Source of the DNA: an uncultured bacterium | GTDB lineage: Bacteria > Verrucomicrobiota > Kiritimatiellia > RFP12 > UBA1067 | Assembly (NCBI GenBank): GCA_942493055.1 | Contig: OW818680.1 | Location: forward strand, 4,105,902-4,169,901 | Direction of reading: 5' to 3' | Length of the DNA: 64,000 nt | Shown here: piece after piece, positions 8,025-15,532 of the stretch | How the letters are laid out: each line of letters opens with the position of its first letter | How positions within the stretch are numbered: position 1 is the first letter of the stretch | The notes under the pieces: generated by a model | The model's input: the letters and a program-made list of their open reading frames with translations, nothing else | Database searches by the model: none | Told to the model about the DNA's origin: nothing | Made by a program: the position numbers and the translations under genes

Positions 8025-9749
8025 ATGGCTCAAAATTATCAATATGCAAATTTTCAGAATGCATTGCTGGAACGTAAGGTTCTCACGCCTGAGCAACTCG
8101 AGCACGCTGTTGAAGATGCCGGGAAGACGCCTTTAGAGAAGCATCTGATTAAGTCGGGATTGGTCGCCCCTGATGTGCTGACATTAGCCGTTGCCGCGTA
8201 TCTGAATCTGCCTCCGATCCAGTTGCCCCCGGGGTTCATGCCGCCTGCGGAGTTGCTCACGTTGACGACGCCCAAGAACCTGGCGCGGCTGAAGGCCTTG
8301 CCGCTGATGAAGGTGGGCAAGCGTCTGACCGTTGTCTTTGGCGATCCCTTTGACTTGATGGCGCAAGAGGAGATGGAGCGTCTGACCCAGCTTGAGATTG
8401 TGCCGCTTGTTGCTTTTGAGAAGGATGTTAATGATGCCTTAAACCGGGCGCAGACCAAACAGGATGCGGACAATCCGGGGCTTGCCATGGAAAGCATCAT
8501 GAAGAATCCGGAAGCCGACATTGAGTTGTCGACCGAGGCGCTGAAAGATGAGAACCTCGACCAGGCTCTTGATAAAGCGGATGAGGCGCCTGTCATCAAG
8601 ATGGTGAATATGATGCTTGTCGAGGCGTTACGCACGAATGCCAGTGATATTCATTTCGAGGCCATGGAGAAGAGTTCGCGCCTCAGATATCGCATTGACG
8701 GCGCCCTCATTGAGCGCCCCAGCCCCCCGCGTTCGCTCCACAATGCCATTGTCTCCCGTATCAAGATCATGGCGGAGTTGGATATTGCTGAACGCCGGAA
8801 TCCGCAGGATGGCCGTTTCAAGGTCAAGGCGTTGAAGAAGGAAGTGGATATCCGCGTGAGCATCCTGCCCACGATCCATGGCGAGAAGGTGGTGATGCGT
8901 ACGCTGGACAAGACGAATCTGGCACCGAGTTTGGCTGCTTTGGGACTCGATGATTTCGCCTATAAGGCCATGCAGCATGCGATTGAGCAGCCGCATGGCA
9001 TTATTCTGGTGACGGGGCCCACGGGTTCCGGTAAAACAACAACGCTCTATTCGTGTTTGCAGGATCTGAATACGCCGGATGTGAATATTGTGACCGCAGA
9101 AGATCCGGTGGAATATCAGCTATATGGCGTGAACCAGGTCCATGTGAACCAGCAGGTGGGGTTGTCGTTCGCATCAGTGCTTCGCTCGGTCTTGCGCCAA
9201 GATCCGGATATTGTGCTGGTGGGTGAAATCCGTGATGGCGAGACGGCTGACATTGCCGTGAAGGCCGCCTTGACAGGTCACTTGGTCTTGAGCACCCTGC
9301 ATACCAATGACGCCGCAGGCGTGATTGCCCGTCTGACGGATATGAAGGTCCCCCCCTTCCTGATCGCCTCGTCGCTCATTCTGGCCCAGGCCCAGCGCCT
9401 GTATCGTAAGATTTGCCCCTTCTGTAAGAAGCCCATGGGGCCGATCGATCCAGCGGTATTCATTGCAAATTCGATTCGTCCGGACTTTTTTGACGGGGTG
9501 ACCATCTATGAGCCAGGGCCGGGGTGTTCAAAATGCACACAGGGCTTCAAGGGCCGCGGTGCGATCATGGAGGTCTTGACGATTACGGATGAGATTCGCA
9601 ATATTACGGTGAAGGGCGGGACGGCTTCGATGATTCGTGATACGGCAGTCCGGGAGGGGATGATCACCTTGAAAGAGGCGGGGCTGATGAAAGTAAGGGA
9701 CGGATTGACATCACTCCGTTCGGCATTGGAAGTAACGGGTTCTGAATAG
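8025..9749 (+). CDS. pilB: Type IV pilus / T2SS assembly ATPase (PilB/GspE)
   Basis: Walker A GPTGSGKTTT, EDPVE, Walker B LVGEIRD, His box HLVLSTLHTN, tetracysteine CPFC...CSKC. Confidence 0.95.
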   Translation: MAQNYQYANFQNALLERKVLTPEQLEHAVEDAGKTPLEKHLIKSGLVAPDVLTLAVAAYLNLPPIQLPPGFMPPAELLTLTTPKNLARLKALPLMKVGKRLTVVFGDPFDLMAQEEMERLTQLEIVPLVAFEKDVNDALNRAQTKQDADNPGLAMESIMKNPEADIELSTEALKDENLDQALDKADEAPVIKMVNMMLVEALRTNASDIHFEAMEKSSRLRYRIDGALIERPSPPRSLHNAIVSRIKIMAELDIAERRNPQDGRFKVKALKKEVDIRVSILPTIHGEKVVMRTLDKTNLAPSLAALGLDDFAYKAMQHAIEQPHGIILVTGPTGSGKTTTLYSCLQDLNTPDVNIVTAEDPVEYQLYGVNQVHVNQQVGLSFASVLRSVLRQDPDIVLVGEIRDGETADIAVKAALTGHLVLSTLHTNDAAGVIARLTDMKVPPFLIASSLILAQAQRLYRKICPFCKKPMGPIDPAVFIANSIRPDFFDGVTIYEPGPGCSKCTQGFKGRGAIMEVLTITDEIRNITVKGGTASMIRDTAVREGMITLKEAGLMKVRDGLTSLRSALEVTGSE

Positions 9750-9762
9750 CAAGGAGGCTTTT

Positions 9763-10842
9763 ATGGCAACAGCGGTACGGCGTGTAAAGGTAGCAGGCGT
9801 CAAGCAGATTTTAAAAAAGGAACTCATTCCCTTTACCCGGCAGACAGCCAGTATGTTGAACGCGGGTATGTCAATCTTGGTTGCCGTGTGCACGCTGGAG
9901 GAACAGTGTGAACATCCAGGCTTTAAGGTTGTGCTGAAGAGTCTGCGCGAAAGCATTGAGGGGGGCGCGCCGGTTTCAGACGGGTTGCGGCAATTCCCGA
10001 AGATTTTTGATGAGATGTATGTGAATATGGTGGCCGCAGGTGAGAAGAGCGGCCAGTTTGCAGGTGTTCTGAAACGGCTTGCGGCCATGCTCGACTCCTC
10101 GGCTCGCCTGATCCGTAAGGTGAAGTCAGCCATGACCTATCCGACCGTGATCCTGGGTATGGCTCTGGTGATTGCAGCTGGCTTGATTACCTTTGTCGTC
10201 CCTGTTTTTGCAGAAATGTTCTCGGGGTTTGGACAGGCCCTTCCAGGCCCGACGCAGTTTCTCGTGGATATCAGCAGTTTCGTCCGGACACGATGGTATG
10301 TGGTCATCGGTGTTGTCGGATTATCAATTTTCATCTTTAAACAGTGGGTCACAACCCCGGTGGGCCGTTTGAAATTCGACCAGTTCAAATTAAAGCTGCC
10401 TATTTTTGGCCCCTTGCTGCAAAAAGTCGCTGTTTCGCGCTTCTGCCGTCTCTTCGCACAGATGTTAACGAGCGGCGTCCCCATTTTGGACTCCATGGAT
10501 ATTGTGGGAAAATCCCTGGGCAACAAGGTGATGGAGGAGGCTATTCTGTCGGCCCGCACAAGTGTTGAACAAGGAAACTTGTTGAGCGTGGCTCTGGAGG
10601 GGAAGGCCTGCCTGCCGATCCTGATGATCCGCATGATCGCCGCAGGCGAAAAGAGCGGTCGCGTGGATGAAATGCTGGAGAGCGTTGCCAATACCTACGA
10701 TGATGAAGTCGAGAGCCTTCTGGCAACCTTGACCTCCTTGATGGAGCCTTTCCTGATGGTTTTTCTGGGCATTATTATCGGTGGTATTGTGATCGCGATG
10801 TTCTTGCCGATCTTCAAGCTGGGCTCTGTTGTCGGAGGCTAA
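9763..10842 (+). CDS. pilC: Inner-membrane platform protein PilC/GspF
   Basis: FTRQTASMLNAG, AGEKSG, AMTYP, SLMEPFLMVFLG...AMFLPIFKL; two T2SSF halves. Confidence 0.93.
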   Translation: MATAVRRVKVAGVKQILKKELIPFTRQTASMLNAGMSILVAVCTLEEQCEHPGFKVVLKSLRESIEGGAPVSDGLRQFPKIFDEMYVNMVAAGEKSGQFAGVLKRLAAMLDSSARLIRKVKSAMTYPTVILGMALVIAAGLITFVVPVFAEMFSGFGQALPGPTQFLVDISSFVRTRWYVVIGVVGLSIFIFKQWVTTPVGRLKFDQFKLKLPIFGPLLQKVAVSRFCRLFAQMLTSGVPILDSMDIVGKSLGNKVMEEAILSARTSVEQGNLLSVALEGKACLPILMIRMIAAGEKSGRVDEMLESVANTYDDEVESLLATLTSLMEPFLMVFLGIIIGGIVIAMFLPIFKLGSVVGG

Positions 10843-10906
10843 TAATCGTTGTTGTGTCTCCTCTTTAGCTTTGGTATACTTGAGGCGATCTTTTTTAAGG
10901 ACTATC

Positions 10907-12313
10907 ATGATGCCTAAATTATTAGTTGTAGATGATGAATCGCGCATTTTATTGCTGTTGCAGAGCCTTTTGAAGGCCAATGGCTTTGACGTTTTGACAG
11001 CCAATGCAGGTCCTGCTGCACTCGAGTGCTTTAAAAAAGAGGCGATTGATGTGGTGGTGAGCGATCTTCGCATGGTTCCGATGGACGGCATGGCGCTTTT
11101 CAGAGAGATCAAGAAAATCAAGCCCCAGGTCCCCTTTGTGCTCCTTACGGCGTATTCTTCGGTTGAAACAGCTGTCGAAGCGACAAAAGCAGGCGTCTTT
11201 GACTATATGACCAAGCCGTTCAAGGTCGACGAGATGCTGGCGACCGTGCGCCGGGCGGTCGAACATGCCAAGAACAATAGTGTTGTCGCAACCGTGAACG
11301 GTGACACCCCTCTGCGCTATCAATTTGAGAATCTGATTGCGACGAATCCTGCCATGCTGGATGTCTGTAAAAAGATCGAGCGTGTCGCGCCGACCGCCGC
11401 AACCATTCTGATTAACGGGGAGAGCGGTACCGGCAAGGAGGTCATCGCCCGCACCCTCCACAAGGCGAGCCTGCGTAAGGATAAGCCATGGGTTGCTGTT
11501 AATTGCGCCTCGATTCCTGAGCATCTTATGGAGTCCGAGATGTTTGGCCATGTCAAAGGTTCCTTTACAGGCGCAGTGTCCGATAAAGAGGGCCTTTTTG
11601 AAGTTGCCAATGGCGGCACCTTGTTCCTGGACGAGATCTCCTCATTGCCCTTGGCGCTACAGGGGAAATTGTTGCGGGTTTTGCAGGAAAAGGAGATGCG
11701 TCGCGTGGGCGGAACTAAAAATATACCCGTAGATGTCCGTGTGATTGCCGCGAGCAACACCAGCTTGGAGCAGTTGGTCCAACAGGGCGCATTTCGTCCT
11801 GACCTGTATTATCGGTTTGCGGTCATTACGCTGGATATTCCTGCTTTAAGAGACCGGCCTGAGGATATTTTGCCCTTGGCAAGGCATTTTCTGCTTTCGG
11901 AAATGCGGAATGCTCCAGTCCAGACGACCCTTTCGAAAGAGGCTGAAGAGCTCTTAGTCGCCTATCGGTGGCCGGGCAATGTACGTGAACTTGAGAATGC
12001 GATCAAGCATGCGGTGACCTTCCTTATGGAGGGCGAGGATATCACCCCTGACCTGCTGCCACCCCGTGTCGTCAGGGAGGCCACGCTGAATGCAAACCAT
12101 CTCCGTCCCGCCCACACGGGCGCCGGTGATAACTCGGATATGGCGAGCGGTTCGTTGAGAAGCTTTCTCAAGGCGAAAGAGAAGGAGTATATGGAGCAGA
12201 TCCTGGCCTCTACGCAGGGTGACAAGGAGAAAGCTGCCCAGACGCTCCAAGTGAGTTTGGCAACGCTCTATCGTAAGCTTTCCGATGAAGATACCGTTGC
12301 TTTGCCCAAGTAA
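10907..12313 (+). CDS. sigma54-dependent response regulator (receiver-AAA+-HTH), PilR/NtrC-like
   Basis: VVDDE, SDLRM, KPF; GESGTGKE, EMFGHVKGSFTGA, LFLDE, WPGNVRELEN; HTH LQVSLATLYRKL. Start moved from 10829 to ATG at 10907. Confidence 0.93.
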   Translation: MMPKLLVVDDESRILLLLQSLLKANGFDVLTANAGPAALECFKKEAIDVVVSDLRMVPMDGMALFREIKKIKPQVPFVLLTAYSSVETAVEATKAGVFDYMTKPFKVDEMLATVRRAVEHAKNNSVVATVNGDTPLRYQFENLIATNPAMLDVCKKIERVAPTAATILINGESGTGKEVIARTLHKASLRKDKPWVAVNCASIPEHLMESEMFGHVKGSFTGAVSDKEGLFEVANGGTLFLDEISSLPLALQGKLLRVLQEKEMRRVGGTKNIPVDVRVIAASNTSLEQLVQQGAFRPDLYYRFAVITLDIPALRDRPEDILPLARHFLLSEMRNAPVQTTLSKEAEELLVAYRWPGNVRELENAIKHAVTFLMEGEDITPDLLPPRVVREATLNANHLRPAHTGAGDNSDMASGSLRSFLKAKEKEYMEQILASTQGDKEKAAQTLQVSLATLYRKLSDEDTVALPK

Positions 12314-12316
12314 TTT

Positions 12317-12352
12317 TTGCAAAAACGAGATTCGTTCTTCGCAAAAGTGAGA
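12317..12352 (+). promoter_or_regulatory. Tandem upstream activating sequences (candidate enhancer-binding-protein sites) for pilA
   Basis: TTGCA-AAAA-CGAGA (12317-12330) and TCGCA-AAAG-TGAGA (12339-12352), 22 bp apart, 87 bp upstream of the -24 GG. Confidence 0.65.
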
Positions 12353-12437
12353 AAAAGCGCTCTTTGATTAAAATCTGTTAGTCAATGTTTGATGCAGGAA
12401 TCGGGACGCTTGAAGGCAAAACGGACGGATTTGATTT

Positions 12438-12453
12438 TGGCACGCTAGATGCT
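12438..12453 (+). promoter_or_regulatory. sigma54 -24/-12 promoter of pilA
   Basis: TGGCACGCTAGATGCT (GG-N10-GC). Confidence 0.75.
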
Positions 12454-12513
12454 GTTAATAAAAACAGCCGACAGCGTTGCCGGTAACAAGGAAACAGTAG
12501 AAAGGATTACACT

Positions 12514-12873
12514 ATGAAAATGAGTCGCAAAGGTTTCACACTCGTTGAAATTATGATCGTGGTTGCGATTATCGGTATTCTGGCCGCCATTGCTATTCCG
12601 AACTTCCTGAGGTCTCGTAAGATGTCTCAGATGAACTCCTGTATTGCGAACATGAAGCAGCTCGAAGGAGCACGCGAACAGGCTCTGCTCGCAGGAAACA
12701 CCAATCCTCAGCTGAGCGCGCTCTGCGGTGCTTCGGCGTATGTGAAGGTGACCCCCAATTGCCCGGCAACAAAGACGGTTTACGGCGTTCCTTCCGATCC
12801 GGCTGGTACGTTTGTATGCCCGAATCCTGGTATCGCTGGCGATACGGAATTCACCCATTCGCTCTACAAGTAA
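12514..12873 (+). CDS. pilA: Type IV major pilin candidate
   Basis: Class III leader RKG/FTLVEIMIVVAIIGILAAIAIPNF with E5; short Cys-containing head; has its own promoter and terminator. Confidence 0.85.
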   Translation: MKMSRKGFTLVEIMIVVAIIGILAAIAIPNFLRSRKMSQMNSCIANMKQLEGAREQALLAGNTNPQLSALCGASAYVKVTPNCPATKTVYGVPSDPAGTFVCPNPGIAGDTEFTHSLYK

Positions 12874-12898
12874 GCGTATAGGTGACTTTCTAAAAGTG

Positions 12899-12936
12899 AA
12901 GGACGTGGTTTGTTACCACGTCCTTTCTTTTTTTTT
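12899..12936 (+). terminator. Rho-independent terminator after pilA
   Basis: 11-bp stem AAGGACGTGGT / ACCACGTCCTT followed by a long T run. Confidence 0.9.
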
Positions 12937-13018
12937 CAGGAAGGGCCGCACGGGGTTTCGGGAATAAACCGACGGGGAACTTTTAGCTACGGATTGCGCG
13001 GATTGGCGCGGATTAAAA

Positions 13019-13134
13019 TTTTTTTACCGCAAAGAACGCATAGAACTCAGAGAAAAGAGAAGTATCTCTGATAGCCCAAACATAGCATTTAGAAGTTGAT
13101 CTTTGCGATCTTTGTGTTCTTTGCGGTAAAAAAA
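13019..13134. repeat. Intergenic inverted repeat with degenerate internal repeats (REP/MITE-like)
   Basis: Perfect 19-bp arms TTTTTTTACCGCAAAGAAC (13019-13037) / GTTCTTTGCGGTAAAAAAA (13116-13134), between convergent genes. Confidence 0.8.
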
Positions 13135-13151
13135 ATGAAGTGACAGCTCAG

Positions 13152-14261
13152 CTACACATACGTCTCTTTGATGATACTTGTATCCGGGGTAAACGATGCA
13201 GGTTCCCCGAAAAGCGTGTGCATATATTTGATGAGCTGGTTGACGCGGTCAACGCTTTCAAGGGCTAAATCGAGAAACTGTGTCTGCGTTTCATTCAGCG
13301 AGCCAATCTGGCCTTGGCGCAGGACTTCGATCACGCTGTTCGTGACTGTGAGCGGTTGTGCGATCTCTTGTGTCAGCTCCGCAAAGCGGCTCATATACTC
13401 TGCATGTGAGAACTTAGGCGCTTTCGGCTTCTTCCGTTTGGGCCGGGTGCCGGGGACTGCAGGGGGGAGGGCCTCCTCCTGGCCGAGCAACGATGCAATC
13501 CGCTCCTTAGCGGGTTCTGTTGATGTCCGTAACGTATCTCGGATGGAGCGGAGGGTCTCAACCATTTTCTCGCTATGCGGCTCATTTTTTTCTGCAACAA
13601 GCTGAGAGACCTCGGCAAAAAGAGAGCCCAGTTCTGTCTGAACGCGTTTACGCCGGAGGCGTGCCTGCGTGGGTGCATGGTGCTCAGGATCAATGGCGGG
13701 CTGTGCAGCCATCCCCTCCTCCAGACCTTCGGGTTTCGGTTTGCGGGCGCGTTTCGGACGTTTGACCGGGGTAGGGGGGGGCGGTTCCTCGTCTTTGGGC
13801 GGGATGGATTGCGGATTCTTTGTGCCGACGCGCTCATAGACGAAATGAACAAGGCTGACGCCCTTCATGCCGGAGTTTTTCAAGACCTCTTCAAAGCCGC
13901 CCATCTCCTGTACTTTTCCAGGGGGTTTTCCAAGGCAGGAGAGGAGCGTCATGAACCCGTCCTGCAGGAGGTCCTTGGAAAAAATGAGTCCCGGCAATTT
14001 ATGAAGGAGCATCTTCTCCTTAAGATTGCGCGAGGACATCATATCAATACCATCAATTTCCCCATTGACCGCGAGTTTGTCGCCCTGAAGGGAAAACTCA
14101 ACGGTGTCGTGAGCCTCCGCAAGGGGTTTTAGGCGGTTAAAGAAATCGATGGCCTGCTGCTGGATCACTTTGTGCGTAATGCCATAAATCGCCACTTGGT
14201 TGACAAGCAGCCCCAAGTCACGAACAAGGAGGATGGCATTACTGAAGGGAATTTTTGTCAT
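13152..14261 (-). CDS. Uncharacterised protein ending in a pseudo-HisKA domain (His replaced by Gln), no HATPase
   Basis: C-terminus FAELTQEIAQPLTVTNSVIEVLRQGQIGSLNETQTQFLDLALESVDRVNQLIKY aligns to the HisKA pattern HE.xxPL with Q at the His position; Pro/Lys-rich linker. Confidence 0.65.
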   Translation of the reverse strand: MTKIPFSNAILLVRDLGLLVNQVAIYGITHKVIQQQAIDFFNRLKPLAEAHDTVEFSLQGDKLAVNGEIDGIDMMSSRNLKEKMLLHKLPGLIFSKDLLQDGFMTLLSCLGKPPGKVQEMGGFEEVLKNSGMKGVSLVHFVYERVGTKNPQSIPPKDEEPPPPTPVKRPKRARKPKPEGLEEGMAAQPAIDPEHHAPTQARLRRKRVQTELGSLFAEVSQLVAEKNEPHSEKMVETLRSIRDTLRTSTEPAKERIASLLGQEEALPPAVPGTRPKRKKPKAPKFSHAEYMSRFAELTQEIAQPLTVTNSVIEVLRQGQIGSLNETQTQFLDLALESVDRVNQLIKYMHTLFGEPASFTPDTSIIKETYV

Positions 14262-14356
14262 GAGAAAAAATATGATTAGAACACTGTCAGTTCACGAGAG
14301 CTTCTCTCCGGACACCTCCTGCTCATCACAATCAGGTGTCCAGAGTGCTCGTCTCA

Positions 14357-15469
14357 CTAGTGCCATGCTGTAATGACGACATTGTCTGTTTTTGTCTCGT
14401 TCGGTGGCAGGGCGAAGCCTTGCCCGTCACCGGCATGCAGCTCGGCCGTGCCGCTCCCGGTGAAGGATTGTCCCACGAGGACAGGGCCGTAAAATTCAGC
14501 AGTTCCGACTAAGAAGATACTGCCATTCGGAACGAGGATTGCGCCATTGACAACCGTTTGCGCGTTAATTTTGACTTGTCCGGTTCCGAGCACGATGATT
14601 GCCGGGAATCCATTGACAGATGTAATCTCTCTACGGCCACCGCCTTGGAGCGAGGCATCGCCTTCAAAAATGAAACACCCTGTCCCGCTCCCGATCCATC
14701 GCGCGCCGTCACTGGTACACCAGGCGACTCCGCCGGGCGGATTAGCGGGTATGTCAGCGCTGTCGGCATACTTGGCGCCATTCTTTTCCGCATAAGCCTT
14801 GAGCGCATTGATCGCAGCGGTGAGCGCTGCAGACTGAACATCCACCTCTGGTTGATTTTGTAGAATTGTAGAAGACCCGGTAAACTTGAACAGTTTAATG
14901 GTTCCGCCACTTGATAGTGTCACGGTTTCTACAGAGCTGCTGCCCCTGGACGTGATGTCCCCATTGGCGTGTATTGTTTCGACATCCACGTCAAAATTTC
15001 CTTTCACATCCATGGTGCCACCGACGAGAATATCAAACAAAAAGTCGAAGTAGAGGTCGTCTGGGTCTGAATCGTTCATAATGATCGGACGATTCTCGAT
15101 ATCCGCAGCGACCTTGAATTTGCCTAATGTTCCGCAGGTGCCGTTGGAGATCAACTGGAAGCGCTTGTCGTTATTGGGATCCTGGACGCTGGTCACGATG
15201 TATTTCCCGGAGCCGAATTCGCTTTCCAGGTTCAACCCAGGGGCCTTTGAAAAGTCCGTCTTGAGCAGTTGATAGGCGGTGTTTAAACCCGACTCGGCGA
15301 TCAGCTTCGCCTTCAGCGATTCGCGCAGCACATGGGACATGTGCATCTCCTGTGATGCGGTATAGGCCATGTATCCACTGGCCATGCAAATCAGCGACAC
15401 GAGCCCAAGAACAGTGATGATCGCTGTTCCAGACCGTGAGCTCTTTTTAAACGAATGGTTCGTTTTCAT
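14357..15469 (-). CDS. PilX/GspK-like minor pilin (cassette 1)
   Basis: RSG/TAIITVLGLVSLICMASG with no E5; KAKLIAESGL; beta-helix-like C-terminus. Start moved to ATG at 15469 (AGGAGG RBS). Confidence 0.75.
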   Translation of the reverse strand: MKTNHSFKKSSRSGTAIITVLGLVSLICMASGYMAYTASQEMHMSHVLRESLKAKLIAESGLNTAYQLLKTDFSKAPGLNLESEFGSGKYIVTSVQDPNNDKRFQLISNGTCGTLGKFKVAADIENRPIIMNDSDPDDLYFDFLFDILVGGTMDVKGNFDVDVETIHANGDITSRGSSSVETVTLSSGGTIKLFKFTGSSTILQNQPEVDVQSAALTAAINALKAYAEKNGAKYADSADIPANPPGGVAWCTSDGARWIGSGTGCFIFEGDASLQGGGRREITSVNGFPAIIVLGTGQVKINAQTVVNGAILVPNGSIFLVGTAEFYGPVLVGQSFTGSGTAELHAGDGQGFALPPNETKTDNVVITAWH

Positions 15470-15532
15470 GATAGCCTCCTTTTCACTTTTGAACATGAAC
15501 ATGTCATTCACGATTTCAAAATCAATCAGCTG

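Noticed and set aside
8025-8170. c-di-GMP-binding MshEN motif in PilB
   Set aside because: The key RLG residues are absent; only a degenerate helical pattern remains.
12380-12392. IHF site between the pilA UAS and promoter
   Set aside because: Two mismatches to WATCAANNNNTTR in an AT-rich region; not distinguishable from chance.
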